Of a DNA stretch of 63,344 bases, positions 19,440-29,028 are shown piece by piece (within the stretch, counting starts at the first letter, position 1; the number at the start of each line of letters is the position of its first letter). The stretch lies in assembly GCA_002753335.1 (NCBI GenBank), contig PEAD01000006.1, positions 62,001-125,344 on the forward strand, in the 5' to 3' direction. The translations under genes and the position numbers were made by a program. The notes beneath the pieces were generated by a model, which was given only the letters and a program-made list of their open reading frames with translations, was not told the DNA's origin and searched no databases. Origin of the DNA: Nitrospirae bacterium MYbin3. Lineage in GTDB: Bacteria > Nitrospirota > Thermodesulfovibrionia > Thermodesulfovibrionales > Dissulfurispiraceae.

Positions 19440-21890
19440 TCAGTTGACCGACACCAACATCTGATCCTGCAATTCGGCAAAAGCCGGTTTGCCGTCTTTT
19501 AAAACAACCTTCACAACAGAAGAATTTCTGAAGCTGCCCCTAAGCATCTCCTCCGAAAGCAGATCCTCAATCTCGCGGCTTATAGCCCTTCTCATAGGTC
19601 TCGCACCGTATGCCGGCTGATAGTATTTATTGAGGAGCCATTCTTTAACTTCAGGTGCAACCTCTATCGCAAGAGAATGCTCTAAAAGCTGCTTATTTGT
19701 TTCGGCTATGAGCAGGTCAATTACAGAAAGCAGCTGATCCTTTTCGAGAGGATGAAATACCACCGTCTCGTCAACCCTGTTGAGGAATTCCGGATTAAAT
19801 GTCTTTTTCAGCTCAGACAGCACATTATCTTTGATTTTAGAGTAGGCATCAGTAGCCGATGCTCTGTAAAAACCGAGCGGTGTAGCTTTTTCGATAATGC
19901 GCGCGCCGAGGTTCGAGGTCATTATAATTATCGTGTTCCTGAAGTCCACCTTTCTGCCATAACTGTCCGTAAGCACGCCCTCATCAAGTATCTGCAGCAG
20001 CATATTAAAAACATCCGGATGCGCTTTTTCGATCTCGTCAAACAGTACTACCGAATAAGGCCTCTTCCTTATTTTCTCGGTGAGCTGTCCCCCTTCATCA
20101 TATCCCACATATCCAGGAGGCGCTCCGGCCAAACGCGACACCGCAAACCTTTCCATGTACTCCGACATGTCTATTTTTATAAGGTTGCTTTCATCACTGA
20201 ACATCAATGCGGCAAGAGCCTTTGCAAGCTCTGTCTTGCCGACACCTGTCGGCCCCAAAAAGAAAAATGAACCGATAGGCCTCTTGCTGCTCTTAATGCC
20301 GGCCCTTGATCTCCTTATAGCGCGCGAAACCGCCTTGACCGCTTCATCCTGCCCCACGATCCTTGCATGCAGCTCTTCCTCCATGCGGAGAAGCTTCTCT
20401 GACTCGCTCTCTTCAAGCTTAGACAAAGGTATCCCTGTCATTTTAGCGATAGTGTAAGAAACATCCTCAGGACCAACCAACGGCGCATCTTTATTAAGGG
20501 CATCCTTCCATTTTTTGTAATAGTTCTCGTATGTTTTTTTAAGCCTGTCTTCCTGCTCCCTTATCTGCTGAGCCTTTTCTATGTCATGAAGCCTTACATA
20601 AAGCGTCTTTTCTTTCGAGAGCTGCAGAAGTTCAGACTCCATATTTTTCAGCTCATTCGGCATTGTAGCCCTCTTAAGCTTAAGGCGCGAGCCGGTCTCG
20701 TCTATAACATCAATCGCCTTGTCAGGCAGAAATCTGTCTGCTATATATCTATCAGCCAGTCTTGCTGCGCTTATCATGGCCTCATTGCTTATCTTAACCC
20801 TGTGATGACTTTCATACTTATGGCGTATCCCTTTAAGAATATCAATCGTAACATCTACCGTAGGGGGCTGAACATTTATAGGCTGAAAACGCCTTTCGAG
20901 CGCACCGTCCTTCTCTATGTATTTCCTGTATTCGTCCGGCGTTGTGGCGCCTATGCACTGCAGCTCGCCCCTTGATAAAGCAGGCTTAAGCATATTGGAC
21001 GCATCAACAGAGCCTTCAGCCGCCCCGGCTCCGATAAGCGTATGGAATTCATCAACAAACAGGATAATATTTTCTGACTGCAATATTTCTCTCATAACCG
21101 CCTTGAGGCGCTCTTCAAACTGGCCCCTGTATTTTGTTCCGGCAATCAAAGAGCCCAGGTCCAGAGAAATAATCCGCTTTCCGATAAGGCCGTCCGGCAC
21201 ATCTCCGGCCACTATCTTCTGAGCAAGCCCCTCTACGATAGCGGTCTTTCCTACACCGGGATCACCAACTATTGCAGGATTGTTCTTGAGCCGTCTGCCT
21301 AAAACCTGCAGCACACGCTCTATCTCGTCCTCGCGCCCGATTACAGGATCAAGCTTGCCCTCTACAGCAAGAAGCGTAAGATCCCGTCCAAACTCATCAA
21401 GCGCTGGTGTAGTTGACCTTCTGCGTTCCTTCTGGTGGGTCTGCTGAAACTGTGGTTTTATGGCGAGGTTTATCGTAAGCTGCCGAGCTCCAAGCAGATT
21501 GGCGCCTAAGTTCCTTAATATTTTGCCCGCAATGCCTTCGTCCTCTCTTATTATGCCGAGCATCAGATGTTCACTGCCTATGTAATTATGGCCTAAAAGC
21601 CTTGCCTCTTCTATTGCGAGTTCGAGAACTTTCTTTGCCCTTGGCGTGAACGGGATATCGCCGAAAGTGAGGACACTTCCACCTGAGGGAAGATTCTTTT
21701 CGACCTCAAACTTGATCTCATCTATAGAAAGCCCCATCTTCTTAATTATGGTGGAAGGGATTCCGTCCTCTTCCCTAAGAAGGGCAAGCAGTATATGTTC
21801 TGTGCCCAAATAGTCATTATTGCGCCTTTCAGCCTCTTCCTTGGCGTATATGACTATCTTACGGCCTCTCTCTGTAAACTTTTCAAACAT
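19440..21890 (-). CDS. clpC: ATP-dependent Clp protease ATP-binding subunit ClpC
   Basis: Clp-N repeats, two AAA+ domains ([16 protein letters not shown]), UVR-like middle segment. Confidence 0.93.
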   Translation of the reverse strand: MFEKFTERGRKIVIYAKEEAERRNNDYLGTEHILLALLREEDGIPSTIIKKMGLSIDEIKFEVEKNLPSGGSVLTFGDIPFTPRAKKVLELAIEEARLLGHNYIGSEHLMLGIIREDEGIAGKILRNLGANLLGARQLTINLAIKPQFQQTHQKERRRSTTPALDEFGRDLTLLAVEGKLDPVIGREDEIERVLQVLGRRLKNNPAIVGDPGVGKTAIVEGLAQKIVAGDVPDGLIGKRIISLDLGSLIAGTKYRGQFEERLKAVMREILQSENIILFVDEFHTLIGAGAAEGSVDASNMLKPALSRGELQCIGATTPDEYRKYIEKDGALERRFQPINVQPPTVDVTIDILKGIRHKYESHHRVKISNEAMISAARLADRYIADRFLPDKAIDVIDETGSRLKLKRATMPNELKNMESELLQLSKEKTLYVRLHDIEKAQQIREQEDRLKKTYENYYKKWKDALNKDAPLVGPEDVSYTIAKMTGIPLSKLEESESEKLLRMEEELHARIVGQDEAVKAVSRAIRRSRAGIKSSKRPIGSFFFLGPTGVGKTELAKALAALMFSDESNLIKIDMSEYMERFAVSRLAGAPPGYVGYDEGGQLTEKIRKRPYSVVLFDEIEKAHPDVFNMLLQILDEGVLTDSYGRKVDFRNTIIIMTSNLGARIIEKATPLGFYRASATDAYSKIKDNVLSELKKTFNPEFLNRVDETVVFHPLEKDQLLSVIDLLIAETNKQLLEHSLAIEVAPEVKEWLLNKYYQPAYGARPMRRAISREIEDLLSEEMLRGSFRNSSVVKVVLKDGKPAFAELQDQMLVSVN

Positions 21891-21993
21891 TCATCGCTCC
21901 AGAATGCCTTTATTTATTAAAATTTTACCCGCTACACCCGAACATTGTCAATAAATAAGCCGTTTTAGCGGCAGTTATATTATTTTAAAATCC

Positions 21994-23733
21994 TTATTTT
22001 AACGGCAGCCCAACAGTAAAAATTGTTCCGATTCCCACATTGCTGCTGACCCTTATATACCCCTTATGCTGCTCTACTATCTGTTTTACAATGTAAAGTC
22101 CCAGCCCGGTGCCTTTACCTTTTTCTTTTGTGGTATAAAAAGGCACGAATATCTCCTCACGCTTGTCTTCCGAAATTCCGTATCCGGTGTCTTCAATCGT
22201 AAATTCGGCAAAAATGCGGTCATCGCTTATTCCTGAAGATACAGTAAGAACACCCTTGTTCTCCATCGCATGAGCGGCGTTTATCTCTAAATTTCTTATG
22301 ACCTGATCTAACAGCATCTCGTCTCCGACCACATACAGCGGCTCTTCATGGCATTTCTTCTCAATAGTAAACAGCTTCAGCATCCCGCTCGTTACCAGCA
22401 TGTCAGTCACCTTGTTCAGCAGAAGGTTTATGTCCAGAGTCACCATCTGCGGCTTTTTGGGTTTGCTAAGTTCAAGAAGGTTTATAGCATGCGTGTTGAG
22501 CCGCCAGCATTCTTTGCTGAACATAGAAGCGCACTTTTGCGCAAGCTCCGCATCTTTAGGCTTCAAAAGAAGAAGTTCAGCATAACCGAGAAGGCTTTGT
22601 ATTACGTTTTTCAGCTCATGCCCTATGCCGCCTGCAATTAACGAGACCGAAGCCTGCCTTTCGGCCATAACAAGCTGCATCTCCATCTCTTTTCTTTCCG
22701 AAATGTCCCTGATAATCCCTGTTATTATTAGAGACTCTCCTGCCCCCGAAGAGAACATCGAAATATCCATTGGAAAAATCTCTCCGTTTTTGCGCTGCCC
22801 CTCGATCTCGACAGTCTTTTCATGCAGCTTTTTGTCAAAGCTTTCAGCGCATGAACGTATCATAATACGAAGCGCTTCTCTGTGGCGCTCAGCAACAAGC
22901 AGCTCAAAGGCTCTTCCCATTGCATCTTTATTGGTATACCCCCAAACCGCCTCGGCAGCCTTGTTGAATAGGACCACCAAGCCATCCTTATCGGTCGAAA
23001 CTATGCAGTCCTGCGCCGATTCAACAAGGCCTCTGTATTTCTCCTCTGATATAACTATTTCCCTCGTCTGGACATCTATCAAGCGCGAGGCCCTCCAGAC
23101 AATACCGAAAAGCAGCAAATATAGGAACGAAAAACCAACCGTCACCATAAGCCAGATATTTCTTTTCTGATTGTTTATATACTCGTAAAACGGATCGAGA
23201 TTCTGATAGGCTTCGACAACAATCATTACACTCTTTTCACCATCGAACCTAATCGGCACATACAGTTCAAGCAATTTTCCAAAGTTCCTCTCAAGCGCGT
23301 TTTCTGTCTTTTTAGGCTCTTTAATTTCAGAAAACACATCTCCCTTCAAAGCCTCCATCAAATCTCTGTTGTCAGGAAAAGCCTTACCCACAATCTTGGG
23401 GTTATCCGACCAAACAACAACACTTTCTCTGTTCCAGATTTTCAGCCTTATTACATCCGGTCCAAAATAAAGATGCCGAATCCTTTTGGATATTTTTTCA
23501 TATGCATCCCCGACCATGGGTTCAGCTATCTCTTCGGGCTTAAATTCATCTTTAATCAACGCAGCAACGATAGTGGCGGTAAGCTTCTTGGCCCTGTCAA
23601 GCTGGTCCCTTTCCATAGTCTTGGTCATGACCGAGCCAAGAATAAAACAAAAAAGCACCATCGCCACGAAACATATAAGCGAAAAGCCTTCTACTAAAGT
23701 TAATTTTCTCATAAAGTTTAATGATGGTATCAA
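21994..23733 (-). CDS. Orphan PAS-domain membrane sensor histidine kinase
   Basis: Two TM helices, PAS/PAC, GHELKN H-box, FYTTK..GTGLGL. Confidence 0.9.
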   Translation of the reverse strand: MIPSLNFMRKLTLVEGFSLICFVAMVLFCFILGSVMTKTMERDQLDRAKKLTATIVAALIKDEFKPEEIAEPMVGDAYEKISKRIRHLYFGPDVIRLKIWNRESVVVWSDNPKIVGKAFPDNRDLMEALKGDVFSEIKEPKKTENALERNFGKLLELYVPIRFDGEKSVMIVVEAYQNLDPFYEYINNQKRNIWLMVTVGFSFLYLLLFGIVWRASRLIDVQTREIVISEEKYRGLVESAQDCIVSTDKDGLVVLFNKAAEAVWGYTNKDAMGRAFELLVAERHREALRIMIRSCAESFDKKLHEKTVEIEGQRKNGEIFPMDISMFSSGAGESLIITGIIRDISERKEMEMQLVMAERQASVSLIAGGIGHELKNVIQSLLGYAELLLLKPKDAELAQKCASMFSKECWRLNTHAINLLELSKPKKPQMVTLDINLLLNKVTDMLVTSGMLKLFTIEKKCHEEPLYVVGDEMLLDQVIRNLEINAAHAMENKGVLTVSSGISDDRIFAEFTIEDTGYGISEDKREEIFVPFYTTKEKGKGTGLGLYIVKQIVEQHKGYIRVSSNVGIGTIFTVGLPLK

Positions 23734-23756
23734 AATGTATAAGCCTATTTCAATCT

Positions 23757-23801
23757 AAAAAGAAATGCCCTTGCCGGAAAAGCAAGGGCATTTCTTTTTT
23801 T
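23757..23801. terminator. Rho-independent terminator hairpin
   Basis: AAAAAGAAATGCCCTTGC / GCAAGGGCATTTCTTTTT inverted repeat downstream of the DUF2892 gene. Confidence 0.85.
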
Positions 23802-23817
23802 GGGTGGGGGATTTTTG

Positions 23818-24009
23818 CTATTTGCAACTCCTGCAGGTCGATATCCCAAGCATGGAATACGGCGGACACCAACCCAAAACTCCTGTTAGAAAAGGAACTG
23901 CTCCTAAAAACGCCCATGGGGTCTGAGGACCGACAAAAGCAAGGCTTATAAGAGCCATTCCCACAGCTATCCTTGCGATTCTTTCTATTTTCCCGATATT
24001 TTGCTTCAT
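23818..24009 (-). CDS. DUF2892 (YgaP-like) small membrane protein
   Basis: MKQNIGKIERIAR...GWCPPYSMLGISTC; ATG at 24009 with AGGAGG RBS. Confidence 0.85.
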   Translation of the reverse strand: MKQNIGKIERIARIAVGMALISLAFVGPQTPWAFLGAVPFLTGVLGWCPPYSMLGISTCRSCK

Positions 24010-24074
24010 GATAAAATCACCTCCTAAAGAAAATGTTGTTTGTTTGAGCATAACCCAATCAGCAGCCGAAGGTA

Positions 24075-24089
24075 TGTGACTTTATCACC
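24075..24089. promoter_or_regulatory. Crp-family-like box TGTGAC-N3-ATCACC
   Basis: Near copy of the 24787 palindrome, upstream of the DUF2892 gene. Confidence 0.55.
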
Positions 24090-24099
24090 AAGAAGAATA

Positions 24100-24777
24100 C
24101 TAAAAAGCGAGCAGCCGGATATTACCGCGTGAGCAGCTTATTTTGCTGCTCCTCTCTAGATCTCTGAGCAGTCTTGTAACTACCTCTCTCGATGTGCCTA
24201 GATCATTTGCTATCTTTTGGTGGGTGGCAAAAACATTGCCGCTTTCAGATTTTTCTACAAGATAAGCTGCTAACCGTTCATCCATACTGCGAAACGACAC
24301 CTCTTCAACAAGCTCCATCATGGCTGTAAGCCTACGGCTCAACAGTCCGAAAACAAAATCACGCATCTGCTCAAATTCCGAAATCAGTTTGCTGAACATT
24401 TGCGCGGGCATAAGAAGCATCTCGCCCGCCGATACCGAATATGCGTTTGCCGGGTACGGCATGCCTGAAATTATGCACGAAGCATTCAGTATGCATGTTT
24501 CTCCGGCACCGATCTCATATAAAGTTATCTCCCTGCCGGTTTCTCCTGTCTTAAAAACCCTTATGCCGCCCGATAGCAGGAAAGCGATGCCGGAGCATCT
24601 ATCCCCTGAAGAATATATAGCGGCATCGGCAGGATAAGAATGCAATTCCATTCCTGATAGAATATCATCCAACACCGCTTTGGGAAGTGAATTAAACGAA
24701 GGGAATACAACACAGAATTTTTCTTTATCTACCATTTTTTCCATTAATTCGTTTACTCTATCAAAAACAGTAAACAT
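24100..24777 (-). CDS. Crp/Fnr family transcriptional regulator
   Basis: cNMP-fold (GREITLY..GETC) and HTH THQKIANDLGTSREVVTRLL. Confidence 0.92.
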   Translation of the reverse strand: MFTVFDRVNELMEKMVDKEKFCVVFPSFNSLPKAVLDDILSGMELHSYPADAAIYSSGDRCSGIAFLLSGGIRVFKTGETGREITLYEIGAGETCILNASCIISGMPYPANAYSVSAGEMLLMPAQMFSKLISEFEQMRDFVFGLLSRRLTAMMELVEEVSFRSMDERLAAYLVEKSESGNVFATHQKIANDLGTSREVVTRLLRDLERSSKISCSRGNIRLLAF

Positions 24778-24785
24778 TTTTCCAA

Positions 24786-24802
24786 ATGTGACAAAGTCAC
24801 AT
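24786..24802. promoter_or_regulatory. Palindromic Crp-family-like operator ATGTGAC-AAA-GTCACAT
   Basis: Perfect inverted repeat between the divergent Crp and cytochrome genes. Confidence 0.7.
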
Positions 24803-24853
24803 ATTTGTTAACTCACGGTAAGCAATAATATATAAAAACAGCAGGGGGCAACC

Positions 24854-25309
24854 ATGAAAAAAAACATCGTCGTTGTTATCATCATATCATCAATACTAAT
24901 AATGCACTCCTTGGCAGCTGCAGAGGACATAACCTATTCGTCACACATTAAAAAGATTTTCGACAGCAAATGTACGGCATGCCACGGCTCAGATACGCCT
25001 GAGCATGCGGAATTTAAAAAAGACAAAGAAAAATACAAGGCCCTATCCAAAGGCATGAGAATGGATACATACCCTCATCTTATACAATACATTGGATGGC
25101 CGGATACGGGCGCAGTTATGCGGAGACTGGACGACGGCAAAAACACCGTCAATGGAAAACCCGGCAACATGTATGAGTATCTTGGATCGGATGAGAATGA
25201 GAGGCAGGCCAACCTAAATTTGTTCAAAAAGTGGATAGGGAACTGGACGCTTAAGCGCTGGAATGATGCTAAAAAAGAGGACATCGAAGGAATGCACGTA
25301 AAATATTAG
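24854..25309 (+). CDS. Monoheme cytochrome c
   Basis: Signal peptide, CTACH. Confidence 0.8.
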   Translation: MKKNIVVVIIISSILIMHSLAAAEDITYSSHIKKIFDSKCTACHGSDTPEHAEFKKDKEKYKALSKGMRMDTYPHLIQYIGWPDTGAVMRRLDDGKNTVNGKPGNMYEYLGSDENERQANLNLFKKWIGNWTLKRWNDAKKEDIEGMHVKY

Positions 25310-25318
25310 CCTTAAATC

Positions 25319-25858
25319 TTAAAACCAGTATTCGGGGTAGCGGCGATTGGGGCAGATATTGTTAACAAACAATGCAACTATAAGGAGTATCAAGGCCCCA
25401 GCACCAGCAGGAACCAGAACATAAAAGAAACCGAGGCTATGAATTTTTGCTCCGCCCAAAACCGCTATTAAAGCGGTCGCCCCGCCCGGAGGATGAAGCG
25501 TTTTTGTTGCAAGCATTAAGACAACGGCCAAAGACACGGCCATTGCAGCAGCCAGCCACAAGGTCTCCCCGAAAACCTGCCAGCACAATACTCCGACCAG
25601 AGCAGAAAGCATATGCCCTCCCACTAAATTCCTCGGCTGGGCAAGGGGACTCTTGATTGCGCCGTAAACAAGCACAGCAGAAGCTCCAAACGAACCTATA
25701 ATCAACGTCATATCCAAAGGTTCAAAATACTGGGCAGAAAGATATCCGCACAATGCTATACCTATCACCGAGCCGGCAAAGGACCACAGCATTTCTGAAC
25801 AATCCACTCCGGGCGGGCAGCTGCCGCCGCCTTTCATCTTATAAAGATATCGCCGCAT
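25319..25858 (-). CDS. HPP family membrane protein
   Basis: SFGASAVL, SPLAQPRN, HPPGGATAL motifs. Confidence 0.9.
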   Translation of the reverse strand: MRRYLYKMKGGGSCPPGVDCSEMLWSFAGSVIGIALCGYLSAQYFEPLDMTLIIGSFGASAVLVYGAIKSPLAQPRNLVGGHMLSALVGVLCWQVFGETLWLAAAMAVSLAVVLMLATKTLHPPGGATALIAVLGGAKIHSLGFFYVLVPAGAGALILLIVALFVNNICPNRRYPEYWF

Positions 25859-25895
25859 GTTATATTGGAATTATAACTTCAGGGAAAAAGATCGT

Positions 25896-25913
25896 TTATG
25901 ATTTCAATCATAA
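25896..25913. promoter_or_regulatory. Palindrome TTATGAT-TTCA-ATCATAA (FNR/DNR-like box)
   Basis: Inverted repeat between the divergent HPP gene and the stress operon; same core recurs at 62574. Confidence 0.6.
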
Positions 25914-26011
25914 CTCAGAAAGGTTCTGTAATTTATAATTTGGTTATATGTTCCGGCCGTTGACATAGAATAAATAATCGAATAGGATATGGGTATAGAA
26001 AAGGAGATGGA

Positions 26012-26209
26012 ATGAAGGACGCCGGAAGACAAAAAGCCAACAAAGATGCCAAGGTCAAATTTGCCCTTCATTCAATATGCGAATCTTTTCCGATGCAGAT
26101 CACATGCCCCTTTTGCGCTTACGAGGTTGAGCTTTGGACCGATGAAGATGAAACCAAATGCTGCATCTGCGGCTTCAAGCTATTCAGCAAAGAAAATATA
26201 ATACATTGA
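26012..26209 (+). CDS. Small Zn-ribbon/rubredoxin-like protein
   Basis: CPFC...CCIC; AAGGAG RBS. Confidence 0.65.
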   Translation: MKDAGRQKANKDAKVKFALHSICESFPMQITCPFCAYEVELWTDEDETKCCICGFKLFSKENIIH

Positions 26210-26218
26210 GGTGATGCT

Positions 26219-26506
26219 ATGAAAAAACAGTTTGCTAAAATCGTGGTCTTGACTGCCCTCCTTTTATTCGCCTTTACAATCACCGCCAACTTTTCTTATG
26301 CTGCCGACAATAAGGACAATGCGCAGAAAAAACTCTTCGAACAGAAATGCAGCCAATGCCACTCCCTTGATGAACCGCGTTCACAGCGCAACACAAAAGA
26401 TGGATGGACTGAACTCGTCACAAGAATGCGCGGCAATGGGTGCGATTTAACAAATAGCGAGGCAGCTGCAATAATAGACTACCTGTCAAAAGAATTCGGC
26501 AAATAG
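26219..26506 (+). CDS. Small monoheme cytochrome c
   Basis: Signal peptide, CSQCH, W...V.RM axial Met. Confidence 0.85.
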   Translation: MKKQFAKIVVLTALLLFAFTITANFSYAADNKDNAQKKLFEQKCSQCHSLDEPRSQRNTKDGWTELVTRMRGNGCDLTNSEAAAIIDYLSKEFGK

Positions 26507-26540
26507 CCTGATTCCGACAATACTAATTAGGAGGCTTTAA

Positions 26541-26957
26541 ATGGCAAGCAAGGTACTACTTAAAAAGCTCAACGATGCGATAGCAAGAGAAATGCAGGTC
26601 AGCATTCAGTACATGTGGCAGCACATTATGGCGAGAGGAATAAGTGCACAAGCCGTAATGCCTATTCTAAGACAGACCGCTATTGCAGAGATGCTTCATG
26701 CTGAACTTATCGCCGAAAGACTGGACTATTTAGGCGGAACGCCTACGACTCAGCCAGGGCCCATAAGCATCGGTAAAAACCTGACCGAGATGCTCAAGCT
26801 CGACAAAAAAGCCGAAGAAGACGCCATAAAATTGTACAGAGAAATAATAAAGCTCGCCGAAAAAGAGAGCGACTATACCACAAAAAAACTTTTTGAACAG
26901 ATACTCGCGGACGAGGAGAACCATCACAACACCTTCAGGACGCTGCTCGAAAAATAG
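26541..26957 (+). CDS. Ferritin-like (bacterioferritin-type) diiron protein
   Basis: E..Y, EMLH, E, DEENH ferroxidase ligands. Confidence 0.85.
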   Translation: MASKVLLKKLNDAIAREMQVSIQYMWQHIMARGISAQAVMPILRQTAIAEMLHAELIAERLDYLGGTPTTQPGPISIGKNLTEMLKLDKKAEEDAIKLYREIIKLAEKESDYTTKKLFEQILADEENHHNTFRTLLEK

Positions 26958-26968
26958 CAAAAACATAA

Positions 26969-27021
26969 CCCGGCTGTTGAGTTCCCTTAAAACCCTTAAT
27001 GGACTTCAACAGCCGGATTTT
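26969..27021 (+). terminator. Intergenic hairpin (terminator or mRNA stabiliser)
   Basis: CCGGCTGTTGA...TCAACAGCCGG followed by ATTTT. Confidence 0.6.
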
Positions 27022-27059
27022 TATAGAATGTTGTTTAACTTTATTCCATAGGAGGCTTC

Positions 27060-28274
27060 ATGAAGGCTGTAGAAATAAAAAACGGCGTGTATTGGGTTGG
27101 AGCCGTTGACTGGGCGGTAAGAGACTTTCACGGTTACGAAACAACACGAGGAACAACTTACAACAACTACCTGATAATGGATGATGAGGTAACACTTCTT
27201 GATGCGGTAAAGTCAAATTTCATGGATGTTTCGATAAAAAATATCAAAAGCGTAGTTGACCCTTCAAAGATAAAAAACATCGTGATAAACCATATCGAAA
27301 ATGACCATGCTTCGGGCATCGGCGCTATCATGGAGCTTACTCCCAATGCAAAGATATACATAACCGAGAAGGGGAGAAAAGGCCTTGAGCGTTTTCACGA
27401 CCTGTCCAAATGGAACATAAACATTGTCAAAACAGGCAACACTCTCACCATTGGGAAAAGAACCCTTATGTTTCTAGAAACACCGATGCTGCATTGGCCT
27501 GATTCGATGATGACATATATAAAAGAGGATAAAATCCTTGTCAGTCAGGACGCCTTTGGACAGCACCTCGCATCATCCGTCAGATTTGATGATGAGTTCG
27601 TAACCTGTGAATCTATGTCGGAGCTTGATGATGCGGTTACCGACTATTATGCGAACATACTTATGCCCTTCGGAGCGCTCATAAAGTCTAAAATTGCAGA
27701 GGTTCAGAAGCTTGGCTTAGAGATAGATGTGATCGCACCGGACCATGGAATCATCTGGAGAGCTCATCCCGGAAAGACTATCCAAAGATACCTTGACATG
27801 GCCAACGGAGCCGCAGCTTTAAGCGTAGCCATTATTTACGACACCATGTGGCACAGCACCGAGCAGATGACTCTGCCCATAGTGCAGGGTATCAGAGATG
27901 CAGGTGTTGACTGCAAGGTGATCAAACTAAGGGCGTCAGCTATGAGCGTAGCGATAAAAGAATTCTGGAAAGCGCGCGCCTGCCTCATAGGAACCCCTAC
28001 ACTCAATAACATCATGTACCCAAGCGTTGCCCACTTCCTCACGCACCTAAGAGGGCTTAGGCCTAAGAATAGAATGGTAGGAGCGTTCGGCAGCTACGGC
28101 TGGGGCGGGGGGGCGGTCAAGGAAGCATACGAGGAGTTCAAACGTATGGGGCTTGAAGCTGTCGAGCCCGGACTTCAGATACTTTTCAAGCCTTCCCTTG
28201 ATGACGAGATGAAATGCTACGAGTACGGAAAGGCCTTTGCCGAAAAGGTGAAAGAATATCACAACAAGTTTTAA
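27060..28274 (+). CDS. fprA: Flavodiiron protein (FprA/ROO type, O2/NO reductase)
   Basis: HIENDH, HWPD, DAFGQH, PDHG metallo-beta-lactamase ligands plus flavodoxin domain (FGSYGWGG). Confidence 0.93.
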   Translation: MKAVEIKNGVYWVGAVDWAVRDFHGYETTRGTTYNNYLIMDDEVTLLDAVKSNFMDVSIKNIKSVVDPSKIKNIVINHIENDHASGIGAIMELTPNAKIYITEKGRKGLERFHDLSKWNINIVKTGNTLTIGKRTLMFLETPMLHWPDSMMTYIKEDKILVSQDAFGQHLASSVRFDDEFVTCESMSELDDAVTDYYANILMPFGALIKSKIAEVQKLGLEIDVIAPDHGIIWRAHPGKTIQRYLDMANGAAALSVAIIYDTMWHSTEQMTLPIVQGIRDAGVDCKVIKLRASAMSVAIKEFWKARACLIGTPTLNNIMYPSVAHFLTHLRGLRPKNRMVGAFGSYGWGGGAVKEAYEEFKRMGLEAVEPGLQILFKPSLDDEMKCYEYGKAFAEKVKEYHNKF

Positions 28275-28300
28275 CAAATAGACTCAGGAGGATAAAAACT

Positions 28301-28432
28301 ATGTGGAGATGCACCGTATGCGGATATGAATATGATGAGGCTTCTGAAGGAACGCCTTTCGAGCAACTGCCGGATGACTGGAAATGCCCCATCTGCAATG
28401 CGCCCAGGGACGCATTCGAAAAGGTAAGCTAA
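28301..28432 (+). CDS. Rubredoxin
   Basis: [12 protein letters not shown]...[19 protein letters not shown]. Confidence 0.92.
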   Translation: MWRCTVCGYEYDEASEGTPFEQLPDDWKCPICNAPRDAFEKVS

Positions 28433-28439
28433 TCATTCA

Positions 28440-29012
28440 ATGAAAGTCGTCGCATTCCACGGCAGTCCCCGCGCAGAAGGCAACTCGCACCTGCTTTTAA
28501 AAAATGCGCTAAAAGGCATTGAGGAGGCGGGCGGAGAAACTCTGACTTTCCGTTTGCCCTCCATGCAGATAAGTCCATGCCTAAACTGCGGCGGGTGCGA
28601 TGAAACCGGCCTTTGCGTGCTCGATGATGAGATGACCGCGATATACAGTGCGATACGCGAAGCGGACCGTATTGTGCTCGCCTCGCCTATCTTCTTCTTT
28701 GCACTGAGCGCTCAGACAAAAATTATGATAGACCGATGCCAGGCCTTTTGGTGTGAAAAATACCTCCTGAAAAAACCGTTACCAGAAGGTCAATACGGCA
28801 GAAAAGGCCTGCTAATGCTGGTCGGTGGAATGAAAAAAGAGGAGGGTATAAAATGCGCTGAAGCTTCGGCGCGGGCGTTTTTCAGAACGGTCAGCATACC
28901 AGAACATAAAACCTTGTCCTATCTCGGCATAGATGCGTTCGGCCAGATCCTGAACCATCCAACCGCCTTGAACGATGCTTACGAGGCCGGCAAAAATCTT
29001 GTGGCCGTCTAG
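28440..29012 (+). CDS. Iron-sulfur flavoprotein / NADPH-dependent FMN reductase family
   Basis: GSPRAEGNS, CLNCGGC...C, ASPIFF. Confidence 0.88.
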   Translation: MKVVAFHGSPRAEGNSHLLLKNALKGIEEAGGETLTFRLPSMQISPCLNCGGCDETGLCVLDDEMTAIYSAIREADRIVLASPIFFFALSAQTKIMIDRCQAFWCEKYLLKKPLPEGQYGRKGLLMLVGGMKKEEGIKCAEASARAFFRTVSIPEHKTLSYLGIDAFGQILNHPTALNDAYEAGKNLVAV

Positions 29013-29028
29013 ATTACCTGTACGAGAC

